Shown piece after piece: positions 25,001 to 39,692 of a stretch of 64,000 nt of DNA. The DNA is from Felis catus (lineage: Eukaryota). Made by a program: the position numbers and the translations under genes. The stretch is from positions 868,001-932,000 of the forward strand of contig NC_058381.1 in assembly GCF_018350175.1 (NCBI RefSeq). The letters are read 5' to 3'. The notes beneath the pieces are model-generated. The model was not told where the DNA came from. It ran no database searches and saw only the letters and a list, made by a program, of their open reading frames with translations. Each line of letters starts with the position of its first letter. Within the stretch, counting starts at the first letter, position 1.

Positions 25001-28000
25001 TGCGTGTCTCTGTTCGTGCCGCACGCAGAAGGGAGCAGACGGTGCCTTCCCTCCCGGCCCCCCTCGGAGGACGACACACGGGTGACGTCCGCATCTCGGG
25101 CCGCGGGGGGGCGCATCGGTCTCCCTACCTGCGTCCTGGCTCACTGCCGTGCATGCGCCGGCCGGTCCCCCAGGGCTGGGCATGCAGGTGGTTCTCCATT
25201 GGTGTCACGAGCGGCGTGGCGATGCTCAGCATGCACGTGTGCCTTTCTGCACCAAGGCTCCGTCCCGGAGCGTCGCGGGTGCTCGGTGCTTCGAATGACG
25301 TTCCAAACCGCCCCGCTCAGGGTCGAACGGTTTCTCCTGTCACCGACCACGAATGGGGAAGGGCTGTGCCCCCCACGCTGGGCGGCACGGTGATTGCTGA
25401 TCTGGGGGGTGAGGAAAAGGCCTTTTAGGGTCATTTCGCCGAGCGACTCCCTGCTGTGGGTGCCTTGTCCTGTGCTGACACCACACCTGGGCCCACGTCC
25501 CCAGCGCTTCACCCACACGGGGATCACAGCCCCTCCTGAGCCCCTGCTTTCTCTTCTGTAAACCAGGGAGGGCACCCTGCTCCCTTGTGAGTGTAGGGAG
25601 GCCTGAGACCCTGGAGGAGGACCGGGACCCCGGGCACATGCCGAGGAGGCACTGGAACGGGGTGCTGAGCCCTGCCTGGGCCAGGAGGGTCTCTAGTGTG
25701 TCTGACGTCTCCCTGGGGCCTGACTCAAGATGGTGCCTCCCCCAGTCTGGGCTTGGCACCCCCTCCCCCCGGGGTGTGGCCCCTCTACTGCCCCCGACGG
25801 TGTGCTTTTAGGGGCTGGATCTGGGGCCCAGACCCTCTGGGGTCTTAGTCTGGGACTGCACCTCTGTGGGGTGCTGAGCGGCCCTCCAGGGTTTGGGCCC
25901 CGTGGGCTGGTGGATCCAGGCTGACTGGGTTGGGTTCTGACCCTGGAAGGGTTAAGTTGTCTCAGCGGGGCCTCAGCGTCCACCCCCACCCTGCACTGCC
26001 CCGCATCTACTCGCTCCTTCCTCCTGGCCCCTCCTGGACGACTGTGAACCTTTCCTGAGTGCTGAGACTTGGAACCCCCCAGAAACCGCCCCACCCCGTT
26101 CGCGGGGCTCTGCCCTCTGTCTGGTGACCCAGACCCAGCTCCTGGGGATTGGCGGGCAGGTGCCACGCGTCCTCGAGCCTGCTTTTCCCCCTGGCGGGGC
26201 CCCGTGTGAGCCCCCAGAGCGGCCTGAGCTGTGGGGGCAGGGACGTGCCCGCAGCCTCGGAGGCCCCCTGCCCAGCCTAGGCCTGTGTCGCACGACCCCA
26301 GGGCCCCGAGGTCCTCAGGCTCATCGAGGTGTCTCTGGGCCCAGCCGGTGGACCAGGAGGCCTCCATGGTGTCGACCCGGTTTTGGAACCCAAACCCAAA
26401 CGCAGGATCTTGGTTCACTGATTATGTTTCAGGTGTATTCCGTCCGCAGACGGTCCTTCTCGGTTCCCCTCGCCGCCGGCCGTCAGCTCCCAGAGGGCAG
26501 GGCGTTTCCCTGTTCTGTCTGAGGGGTTCGCGTGGGGCAAGTAGGGGACCGCGGCTTGTCTAAGGCGTTCCTGTTGTAAGCGTGACAGACACTTGTGCTG
26601 TGTGCTCAGTGGACACGCTCGTAAATGGTTTTAGACTTACATATGGGCTCACTCGCTGGAGAAAAGTTGGAAAATACAGGACGGTTAGGAAAACCACCAG
26701 CCGTTGTCCCACCATCCAAACAGAACCACCCTCGGGCTGGGCCGGACGCTCCCGCCCCTGGACCTTCCATGCCTGCGTGCTGTGTGTGCTTGTCCTGGAC
26801 GCTCGCCTGGGGGCCTGGGGCCGTGGCCGGAGCCCCCGCTGGCCGTGCAATGAGGCTGTACCTCCTCCTGTGAGCTCCCAGGGAGGGACACGTCCCGCGT
26901 CACACTCAGGGCAAGGTCACAGAGCCACTGGGTTCTTCCCCCGGATTCGCGCTTGCGGCCGAGCGTGTGGTGTGTGTGCGTCCGTGAGCTCACAGAGGAC
27001 CGGGTGCTCCTGTGGGCCACACGGTCGCAAGCTGGGCCCAGCTGTGCTCCCTGGAGGGCAGGGGTGACGGGACGGGGCGCCCAGCTCCAGCCAGGGGCGC
27101 CCCCAGCCCCCAGCCCTTGCGGGTCCCCGCGGCCCGGCAGCGGGAGGGGCAGGGGCAGTGGGCCCCTCGACCAAGCCGGTGCCGCTTTGCTCTGCGTGCC
27201 AAGCGCGTGGGTGCCGACCTCGGCCCCTGTCTCAAGAGGAGTGTGGCACTTGGGTCATTAGAAGGATGATCGCAGTGTATGCCTCTCCAAGGTTGCGATT
27301 AAGGAAACCAGCCTCTGCTCTTCAGCTGGCGGGAGTGCTGGGGGCGGGCGCCGGGGTCAGCAGATGGCCGGGGGCCCACCCCGCCCCAAATCTGGGCTCG
27401 GCAGGGACCCGCCTGGATAGGGCCATGCTGGCGGAAACGGGTCTGGGGCTCCCCGCCACGCCAGACCCTGCCGGCGGCTTGTGTCACCGGGGGCTCTGAG
27501 GGAGCCTGTGGAGGGGGACCGACGAGGCCCAGGCCCAGAACTCGTTCGGTTCCCTGACGCCAGCTGCCCTGGGACTTTCAGGAGACGCACGTCCCAGCGG
27601 GTGACACTTCCCTGAGCCCAATTTCTCCCCGGCGCTGACGAGCATAGAGGTACCTCACGGGCCGTGTGCACCCTGGGATCTTTGCTTGGAGCGAGTTTTC
27701 CCAAAAACGCCACGCCAGACCGTGACAGCAGGGGGTCGCGGCTGTCAAGGGGCCCCGAGTTGATCGCAGCAATGACAGTGAGCCGGGCCCTGCTGAGCAT
27801 GTTGTGAGGTCTCCATCTCTGCCTCAGTGGCTCTGAGAAGGCTTTCCAGATGTCAGGACGATTGAGCAGGGTTTTGGAGGACAGGTAGGAGTTTGCTGGT
27901 TTCCCCGGGGAGGAAGGCCGTCCCAGGCACAGGGCTCAGCACGAGGCAAGGAGGAGCGAGCCTGCCGTGTCTGGTGGGCGAACCAGTGGCCTCCATTACT

Positions 28001-29594
28001 GTGGTGGGGACGCCTGGCTCTTTGAGAGCACAGCGCTGTGGGCAGGGCAAGGGCGGCGGGGCGAGGGCCGCCTTTCTAGGTTCCACAGGGGCCTCTGCTG
28101 ACGCTGGAGACGCGCCTTCCTGGAGGGCCCTCCAGTCACGTTAGCCCACTCCCGGGGGCAGGATCTAGGTCTGCGGGCGAGGCCTCCCCTCCTCTGTCCC
28201 CCGAGCAAGATGTCTTCGGCTGCCGTGGCCAGGGAAGGGGCGAGGGGTGCTGAGGACGACCCTGTCAGTCCCAGCCCCCCCTCCCCCACCCGGAGCCAGG
28301 AGCCCCACTCTGAGGCCTGTGTGTGTATGAGCTCGTTTATCCTCGGCCCCGCCCCGGGGGTGGCCTCTGTCATCCTCGCGTCCAGAAGAGGAAACCGAGA
28401 AGCCGAGGGCCCGCTCACACCGCGGGCGGGGGCAAGATGTGGACGCGGGCGCTGTCCGAACCGGGTGTCTCCCGGCCTCAGGAGTGAGGGGTCCCCGGGG
28501 CCAGAGGGGACCTCAGCTGCACACAGCTCCTGGTGTGTGCCCGTCACAGGCCCTGGAGCCGCGCACGAGGCCACACACACCACGGAACGTGGCTGCTTTG
28601 CTCTGGGGCGGTGTGTGTGTGGCAGGCCTAGAGGTACCACTCGCCAGCACCGTCCTGGGTTGGGCGTGGGACTTGGGTGCCGGCCGCTCAGCCTAACCCT
28701 GCGGCCCGGGGCACGTGAGCCAGGATGTATGAGCCTCGGTTCCTCGTCTGCAAATGGGGCTGATACCCAGAGGACCAGAGCTCAGGGGTGGTGTGGGGAC
28801 TAGGTGACAGTGCCTGGGACGTAATACGTGCTCAGCAAAACCCAAGCCGGTTCTGTGTTTTGTCAGGAGCCTGTCCTGAGCACGGGGCCCAGGGCAAGGT
28901 CCCCGGGATGTGAGCCGCTGGAAGGAGCCGGGGGAAGTCCCGGGCAAGCCTGGCCTCGTTCCCTCCTCCTCCTCCTCCTCCTGGCCACCCCTCCATCCTT
29001 TAGGGAACGAATTCCTGTCTGTGTGGGCGGGAGCCCTGAGCCCATAAAGCAGTTACCCTTAGACCAGGGCGGTAACCGGAAGGACCGAATCATTCAGAAT
29101 TACACTTCTGGTTTCGTGTTCTTTGCTGAGTACCCTGAGGCCAGGAAGGTGGGGGGGAGGGTGTCCTAACCCAAACCCTCGGTCAGGCTCCCACCCACAC
29201 CTGCTGCACCCCTGCCCGCAGAGCCCCGGAAGGACCCTCCCCCACATGACCCCTAAGAGGTGCAGCAGGTTCGGGTGGGGTGGGTGAGGGAGGGGGGGCG
29301 AAGAAGGAAAGGGCCGTCCCAGCATGCAGCTGGCTGCTTCAGGAGTGAGGGAGTGAGCTCCCCGTCACTGAAAGCACACGAGTGGTCCACGGTCTCGCCA
29401 CGTGGTCCAGACACATACAAAATGACATCTTCCTTGTGGGGAGAACAGAGAGGAAGCAAGGTCAGCGTGGTGGGTGGGTGGGTTCCTCAGGATGGCAGGC
29501 GGCCCCAGGTGGGCAGCGAGGGGGCCACGGGGTGTCTTTGAGGTCTCTCTCCACCCGAGAGCCAGCACGGTGACATTGGGAATGTAGGTGTTAG

Positions 29595-29812
29595 ATCACA
29601 CAGCCTTCTCTGTAAGGGCCAGCCGGTAAATACTCCCAGCTTGGCAGGCTGTGAGGACTCGTGCAACTGTGTAACTCTGTCGCTGAGGCCCGTGTGCGAG
29701 CAGCCACAGACGGACGTGGACCAGAGAGCCCAGTGGTGTTCCAGTAAAACTTTATTAACAGCAATGGGCGTGGGCCAGATTTGCTTCTCGGCTGTCGCCT
29801 GCGGGTCCCTGC
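29595..29812. mobile_element. MER58A-like hAT-Charlie MITE
   Basis: CTGTAAGGGCCAG..GGTAAATA and TGTTCCAGTAAAACTTTATT motifs. Confidence 0.7.
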
Positions 29813-30343
29813 ATTAGAGGGACCAGGGGCTCAGGCCCGGAGGCCCCGGAGGAGGGGTGGCAGCTGAAGGAAATGAGGACAGCCTTTCTTGGCGGTGGAG
29901 GGGATGACAGGGGCCTCACCCCAGAGGTCACCCAAATGCCGCCTTGCCTCTCTGGGGGTCCACCTGCCCTGGGCCCCGGGTCCCCTCATTCAAGGCCTCG
30001 CTACGGCTCTGATGGCGCCAAGCAGACAGTTTTAAAATGTGCAGCTCTCCACTTTTCAGGAGGGTGCTCGGCCCCCCATTTCCGTCCCTCACTAGAAGTC
30101 CCCCGATGGCACGCACGTGGTTGCCGTTGTTACCGGCGAGGGAAGCAGGACAGCCTCTTCCGGGACACCCTCCCTGGCCTCGGGGACGGCGTGTGGGCTG
30201 GCCCGGCCCTGGGGGGACAACGGCTTCTGGTTGTGTTGGTCTGGAGGCGGGGGCTGGACGCTGTCGTTCCAGCTGGGGCCCCGGGGACGCGGGGGCCCGA
30301 GGGCGGGAGGCCTGCAGGTGCTGAGTCCTCTGTCCCCCCGCAG

Positions 30344-30420
30344 GAGAACTGTATCGGGTTTCCTTGAGAAGACAGAGGTTCCCGGCCCAGGGCAGCATCG
30401 AGATCCACGAAGACAATGAG
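30344..30420 (+). CDS. PITPNM3: PITPNM3 exon 5 (RELYRVSLRRQRFPAQGSIEIHEDNE)
   Basis: ccccgcag acceptor and GTGGGC donor; 77 nt. Confidence 0.93.
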
Positions 30421-30607
30421 GTGGGCGGGGCTCCTGGCCGTGTCTGGGCTCCCTGTGGTCAGGACTTCAGGGGGACCCCCAGGCCGGTGGACATTTCACT
30501 GCTCTTCACCGGACTTGCCGTGCGACCCTGGGCAGGTCCTTGTCTGTCTCTGGGCCTCCGGCTCAGACCCCCTCAAGAAGGGTCTCTTGGGGCCCTTGGG
30601 GCCTTGA

Positions 30608-30982
<375 letters not shown>

Positions 30983-32410
30983 TGAGTCCCTTCTGCCCAC
31001 GTGGACTGGCCAAGGTTGGTGGGGTTGACGAGGGAGTGCTGTCCCGGCGGGGGGGGGGGGCGGGGGGTGCCTGCCGGGGCGTCCACGGGATGTCAGGCGC
31101 TGACTGGCCATGAACACGCTGGCGGGGAGTGGTCAGCGAGGGTCCCGAGCAGTTAGCAGGTGTGCGCCCGGCCTGCCCTGCCCTGCCCTGCCCTGCCGAG
31201 CCCGGAGGTGCTGGCTCCCTGTGCTCAGTAGGCCCCGGTCCCCTGGCCCCGAGGACGCTGAGGCCCCGGGAGGCCCAGCAGTTGCCCCCAGGGTTACCCA
31301 GAGAATGGAGCCAGGAATGGAACCCGGGCAGCCTGGCTTTCCCGCCGCACGGTCAGAGCCCGGTGCGGGTGTGTGTTCTGATGCGGGCGGGCCATGCGTT
31401 CTGGACGCCTGGGAAGAGCCAGGGAACCTTCCCCAGCCTGTGTCATCTGTAACGTGGGGATGATCGCGTCGGGAGCACTGCGTGGAGTGTTTGTGAGGAC
31501 GCTGAGCGCTAGTGTGACTCACGGCTTCGTCCTCCGGCGTGGATGGCGCTCTCTCGAGGACAGTGGGCCGGGGAGAGGGTGTCCGGGTCCCCACAGAGAA
31601 GCCGGCCGCAGGGGATAAGGCATCAAGCTCCCCGGGCCTGGTTCCTCCCCCCACTCCCGTCCCCAGTGGGGTCATGTCGGGCCCTGGTCAACCTGAGTTT
31701 GGGCCCTGGGTGGGGGTGGGGTGGGGCGGGGGCTCCAGCCAGCTGGCTCTGATGACCCAGGGGACCACGGCAGGCAGGGTGGGGGTGGGGGCCGGGCAGG
31801 AGCTGGTCCCCGAGGGGTCTGAGCTGCGGCAGAGGGAAGGGCTTGCACGTGGGGAAGCAGGGCAGCAAGGATGCCGTAGAGCAAGCTCTCGGTCCTTTCT
31901 GGGCTCACACCTTTCTGCAAAGCCCGCGGCCCTGGACCCTCGCCCCAGGACGGTGCACACCATGTCATGCGCACAGCTACGTGTCCATCTCCAAGCTGTG
32001 GCTGACGCGGGTCCCCTTGCCTGGAAGCCTCTCTCTCCTCCTCTGTAGCGTCCGTAAAGCCTTCCTTGAGGCCTAGTCCAGATTGCATCTCCTCCGGGAA
32101 GTCTGCTATGATACGTCCCCACCCTGATCCACACCAGGCGGCTTCCTCCAAATCGGGGTGTCCCTTGGGGCCGTGCAGAAGAGGGCAGGGGAAGGTGGCC
32201 GGCCAGGAGACGCCAGGCCCACATCCCGGGCTGGCGCGGGGACGATGCCCCCACCTGCGCTTTGTTTCTTGTGGCTCCTGCCTGGTTCTGCTTCGAGGGC
32301 CCCAAGCAGGGGCCTAGCCACGGCCGGCCCGTGCTCTCCTCTGCCCGGCGCGCAGCCCCAGACCTGCCCCTGCCTGAGCCCGGCCGGGCTTACCTTGACC
32401 CTGTCTGCAG

Positions 32411-32600
32411 CCTGAACCCCTACAGCCACGATGAGGGCTGCCTCGGCAACAGCCAGGACCACGTCCCCCTGGCCGCCCTGCCCCTGCTGGCCATCTCCTC
32501 TCCGCGGTACCAGGACGCGGTGGCCACCGTCATCGAGCGGGCCAACCAGGTCTACACAGAGTTCCTCAAGTCCCCTGACGGAATCGGCTTCAGTGGGCAG
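32411..32600 (+). CDS. PITPNM3: PITPNM3 exon 7 (LNPYSHDEG...[14 protein letters not shown])
   Basis: tctgcag acceptor and GTATGA donor; 190 nt. Confidence 0.96.
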
Positions 32601-32624
32601 GTATGACAGCCTGCCTCCCTAACC

Positions 32625-32988
32625 AGCCCTGACCTAGCCTGACCGCTGTCCTCAGGCCGACCCTGACCCGAGTCTGACCCCTGACCCGAGTGTGACTCCT
32701 GACCCTGGCCTGACTGCTGTCCTCGGGCTGACCCTGACCCGAGTCTGACCCCTGACCCTGGCCTGACAGCTGCCTTCAGGCTGACCCTGACCCGAGTGTG
32801 ACTCCTGACCCTGGCCTGACTGCTGTCCTCGGGCTGACCCTGACCCGAGTCTGACCCCTGACCCTGGCCTGACTGCTGTCCTTATGCTGACCCTGACCCG
32901 AGTCTGACCCCTGACCCTGGCCTGACAGCTGTCCTTACGCTGACCCTGACCCTAGTTTGACTGCTGCTCTCAGGCCGACCCTGACCCA
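32625..32988. repeat. 53-bp minisatellite built from CTGACC(C) subunits in PITPNM3 intron 7
   Basis: Units start at 32728, 32781, 32834, 32887 and 32940, with degenerate flanking copies. Confidence 0.95.
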
Positions 32989-33120
32989 GCATGAACACCC
33001 ATCCCCCACAGGGGTTCTGTCAGTGGCTCTCCGGGACAGGTCCCTTATTCTGCCAGGGACAGGGGACTGGTGCTCTGGCCGGGTAGGGGGGCGGTGGGTC
33101 AGCGGCGGGGGGGCCTTTAG

Positions 33121-33381
<261 letters not shown>

Positions 33382-33590
33382 TAGGCCGGGGTCGGGCGCC
33401 TACGTCCGGACCCCCGGTGGGTCGCCCCGGGCCGAAACCCCGCCGTGACTCGGTGGCTCCCGCGCTCCTTCGCAAGAGTGCTGACCTGACGTCTGGGGAG
33501 AAAGGGGTTCATCCGCGCCCGGGGGAGGACGCAGGGCCCCAGAGTCTGTGGTGGCTGCAGTGCTCTCCTGTCCTCTGCGTGACCCCAAAG

Positions 33591-33781
33591 GACGCCCCCG
33601 TCGTGGCGGACGAGGCGTGCGGTCTGGCCGGCAGCAAGCGTCTCAGCAAGAGCAGCATTGACGTCTCCGGCGTGCCGGACGAGGACGCCTCGGAGCCCCA
33701 GAGGCCGTTGCCTCGGAAACAGAGCGATTCCTCCACCTACGACTGTGAGGCCATCGGCCAGCATCATGCCTTCCTGTCCAG
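33591..33781 (+). CDS. PITPNM3: PITPNM3 exon 9 (DAPVVADEA...RKQSDSSTYDCEAIGQHHAFLS)
   Basis: ccaaag acceptor and GTAACC donor; 191 nt, phase 0/2. Confidence 0.92.
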
Positions 33782-35479
33782 GTAACCGCCTCCCGGGCCC
33801 CGTCTTCCTTCCAGCGCGGCGTCCGGGGCGGCGAGGACCGGCCCTGGGGCCCAGGCCCTCTCAGGAGGCCTGTAGACGGGCGCGGAGAGGCTGGGACCCC
33901 GGCCACTCCCCGTGGGCCCGGCGCCCCGTCCCTGCACCGCCCCGACTTGCGGAGGGAGGGGACGGCCCTCCAGCGCCGCGGACGCTCAGTGTCAAGCTCT
34001 GGCAAAGGGAAAATTACGCCCGGCCCGCTTCACCGCTGCTTAAGAAAAGGCGGCGGAAAAGTGGATGCGGGTGTGTTTTGCGAGCCACTCCGGGGGTCGT
34101 TCTGTTTGTCAGACGGGGCAGTGGAGGCTCCTGGAGGCCGGGAAGCGTCCTGGGATCGCACGGCCAGCGCCCAGCAGCTGGGGCCGGACTCCGACTCCTG
34201 GTCCCCGGCGCGGTCCCTTCTGCAGAGTTGAGTGAGTTACCGGCACACTCATCAGGGCACAAGGGACCCACCTAGGAAAGCAGGCCTTGTTCCGCGCTGT
34301 CCCTCCGTTCTCTGCCCTGTCTGTCCTCGCTCCTTTCTTACCCAAGTGGCAAGTGTCACGGGGCCATCAGGAGGTTTGCAAAATAGGTCCCCTGTGACCG
34401 CTTTGGGGTCTTCCTCTTTGTACGTATTTTGTACATCCTTTGCGTTTAGTTTTCCTTGGAAAAAGAACCCTTCTGCCGGGATCTTTTCTGATCCTTTCCC
34501 TATGTGATACGTATTCGGTAAATGTTCTTAACGGGGAGCGTTTCACTGGGTGAGCGGACAGCTCCCTTCATCCCCGTAATTGGATACTTGGCTCCTTCCA
34601 GTTCTGGGAAGTTACAGCGTGCGTGAACGTTTGCGCGTGTGTAGGGCTGTTTCATTCGGGTGCATTCGTTCCCCGAAGAGAAATCCTTCCATCCACGGCC
34701 CCGCACATTCAAATCGCTGACTCTTCGAAGCCCCTCTGTCAGCCTCCGTTCGCATCAGGCTTGCAGGGTGAAGTCGTGACTTTTCTGGTTCACCCTTGAA
34801 AAGTCCTTTAAGAAGGCCCCAAATCCGGAAGGCGACAAGAAGTTGGAGGCTTCTGGTAGCCGGTTCGGCGCAGCCAGCTTTTCCCTCTAGCGTAGGGACA
34901 GATGGCAGTTTCGTCAGACGCCGGCGCTGTCCTCGCGGGGAGAGACAGGAGCCCGAGGACTCAGATCCGGCTACCCCGACCCCTCACGCACGGCCGGCGG
35001 GAGACTGGCCCGCGCTCTTTCCGTTGTTATTTCTCAAATTCCCTCTCTCTTCCACCTGGAATATTCCAGTTGAATTTGCATTCAGTTACTTGATTCGTAG
35101 ATCACGGGATCCCACTGGATCGTCTCACACCCTGAGCTGCACTTAAGTGCCACCTGGACGGTCCAGGGGCGCCCGGCTCTCCTGCCCGCCAGGCCTCGGC
35201 GGCCGCTCTGGGTTCAGAACAGCATCGGCCCGGCTCTCGGGAGCAGTGGCGCCCGGGCTGGGACTGGGGGCAGTTCTGTGTGTCCCACCTTTCTCTTCAA
35301 GCCCTGCTCCCTGTGCAGGTGGTGCGGGAGGGAAGCGCACGCTGTCTGCACCTGGTTCTGCAGGTGGCCTGGGACCCGGGTGACAATGAACTTGCCCGAT
35401 TCTGCAGGACCGGCTCCGTCCGGCTGGTCTGCATACCGGCCAGGCCAGGCTCCGCCGGCAGACGGCGCGGGAGCTCACC

Positions 35480-35725
35480 CGGGGCCCTTGCGAAGCCGGC
35501 CCGATGCCAGCCTGCCAGCCTGCAGGATGCTTAGGTGCTCTTCGGCCCTCAGCCCAGCTGAGAAAATGTTTTACCGGATCGTGGCCGTGAGCATCTGTCC
35601 AAGTACGGTCTCTGGCTGCCGGCAGGTGACAACGGCAGAGTTGGGTAGATGTGACGGAGGCCGTACGGCCCCGCGGTCTAAACCATTTACCATCTGGCCC
35701 TTCAGAGGAAAAGGGCCGTCGGCCG
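35480..35725. mobile_element. MER58-like hAT-Charlie remnant
   Basis: GGCAGAGTTGGGTAGATGTGAC...CTAAACCATTTACCATCTGGCCCTTCAGAG. Confidence 0.6.
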
Positions 35726-35785
35726 GGCCCCGGTGGCCCGTGCCAGGGTGGCCGTCAGCTCTCCAGGCTGGCCGGCGGGCTCTGA

Positions 35786-36127
<342 letters not shown>

Positions 36128-37031
36128 TAGGGGACTGTGGGGAGGGGTGGGGCATGGGGAGGGGGGAGGGAGGGGCAGCCTCCCCGGGTGGGGCAAAGGT
36201 GAGCCAGCCCCGGTGGGTTTCACCTCCCTGTCACATGCCCCACGTGGACAGTTGTCATGCTCCACAGGAGGAGAAGCCACATTTACCCTCCTGCCGCCCT
36301 CCTTCCCCGGCACCCCCAGGCAGACCTTCTGCGGCCGGGGCGACCTCCCCGACCCCCGCACAGTCCCAGGCCCGCCTTAGTGCCCGTGGCCTGAGCACCT
36401 GCCCCCAGTGCTCTGAGATACACAGTGAGGTGATGTGCACCGGCCTGTGGTTTAGCAGTGAGTCTGAGGGGACAAGCGGCGGGGGCACCTCGAGGCCCAC
36501 ACGTCAGGGCTTCTCAAACTCCTTTTCCACAGCGCTCCCCAGCAGCTGCCACCGTGGGACGGAGAAGGGAGGGGCTCTCCTTGAAGTGGGGAGGGGTGAG
36601 ACAGAATCCCACGTCGCCTCCAAGTTGGCGAGGGGACCTGGGTCTCCCAGGACTCCGGACTCCGGACCATTCAGTCCCCCCACCCCGGGGGAGGGGGACA
36701 CAGGGAGGCCTCAGGGGAAGACACCTGCTGGGCTGGGGGAAGAAGTGTTCTGCGGCTCTGGCCAACCTCGAGCCCTGTCTCCCGCCTGCCTGGGGGCTGA
36801 GCGGCTGGGGAAGGGGCCGCTGATTCCGACTGAGAGATCCTGGGTCTGCCTGGTAGATCACATGGAGAGTTCGCGGACGCCGGAAGGATTTGCAGGAGAC
36901 CGAGCAGGGGAAACAGTGGAGGGAAGGTCTGCGTGGAAGAGGGGCTGCCTGAGCAAAGGCACAGAGAGGGGCAGCCGGCAGGCCGGGGTGGGGAACTGCA
37001 GAGGAGCGCCGGCCGCAGCCCTGGGGCCTAG

Positions 37032-37445
<414 letters not shown>

Positions 37446-38604
37446 TGAGCGTGCTGAGCCGGGGGCTGGGCCCTGCCGGGTGGCACTCCAGGGCCACCCT
37501 CTCTGGTCCAGGCTCTCCACGCGCTGGCCAAAGGAGGGACTAGACTCCCCGCCGACCGGGGCCACGTGCTCCAGAGCAGGAGGAGGGGGTGGAAACAGCT
37601 GCTCACCTGTGTGCACCCCTGCTCTGTCGGGGGCGTCTTGGGGCCCAGAGGCCAGGCTCTGCCCCTGACGGGCTCCTGGGGCCAGCACGCTGCTCGAGCC
37701 ATCAGACCTGAGTGCAAGCCCAGGGGTCTGTGCTGGGTGTTGTTCCCCAGCCTCGCCCCTGGAGGTGCAGGGCCAGGAATGTGTCATCCCGGTGGGCGTC
37801 ATGGAAGAGGGGGCTTTTGACCACGGCATTTGGACAGGTGGAGCAGAGCTGGAGGATGAGGGTCGGGGGGCACTTGTAGGTGGAAGGAGCAGTGGGAACA
37901 GGGCAGGTGGGTCTAGGGGAGGCCAGTGGTCTCCAGGGCTGACACGGAGTGAACCAGGCACGGGCAGGGGAGGCCGGCGTTGGCGGTCGGGGCTGGGAAA
38001 TCAGGGCCTTCGTTCCGCATCCTGGATGAGGAGGTTTGGTCAGAGCCTGTTCAGAAGTTTGGGCCAGACTGGGGGAGGGGGGGTGCCGTGCATGAGGCTC
38101 ATTCAGGATCCAAAAACAGCACCCCCCCCATTTTTAATGGAAACTTAATTTCCAAAGTCCTGCTTCGTCAGGAGCTTCCACAGACGGTCTCCCCCGTGCA
38201 CCCGAAAATGTGTTGCTCTGGGCGGGGCAAGGCCCAGCCCCGGAGAGCGTCCTAGCGCCTTGGCTGTCACGCCTGTTCCCGCCCGGGCTCGGCCGCAGGC
38301 CTCTGTGCCTCGGGGGGGGGGGGGTCCGTGGAGGGGCACGTGGTGACCGTCTGCCTCCGGAGGTGCCCTCGGCAGTTCTGCCACAGATGGAGGGGATGGT
38401 TGGGACCCACAACTTAGAGGAGGTGAGACCCAGCCGGGCCCTGGGGTGCAGGCGCCCCGTCGAGCCCCAGGGGGTTAGGGGCACGGGCTGGGCTGCCTGT
38501 GGGGTGGGGGTGATGGTGAGCGGACCGGGGGGGCCCAGACTCCCGCCCGGTGCAGGCAGCTCTGGACACACGGCCTGGCCCTGACCGCGACCTTCCCCCG
38601 CCAG

Positions 38605-38799
38605 CTGACGCTCTGCACGCCCACAGCGGCCTCTTCCTGGAGGGCGGCTCACGGGACAGCCCACCGCCCCCGGACGCCCCCGCCCCGCCTCCTCAGGCCC
38701 CGGGGGCCCAGTGCCCTGCACGGAGGATGAGCCGGGACAGCTCACACAGCGACAGCTCAGACTCCTCAGACAGCCTGGCCCCCGCGGGCGTCTCCCACA
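38605..38799 (+). CDS. PITPNM3: PITPNM3 exon 12 (DALHAHSGLFLEGG...SDSLAPAGVSH; Pro/Ser-rich loop)
   Basis: ccgccag acceptor and GTGAGT donor; 195 nt; phase 1/1. Confidence 0.92.
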
Positions 38800-38930
38800 G
38801 TGAGTGAGGGTTTTCGGGGCGCTGCCTGCTTTGAGGGACAGGGACCCCCCCGCCCCGGGGCGGGCGCTGGTCCACTGCCGGGGCTGCTGAGGGTGGGCTG
38901 GGAGCGATAAAGGAAATTCATCCAGACTGA

Positions 38931-39692
<762 letters not shown>

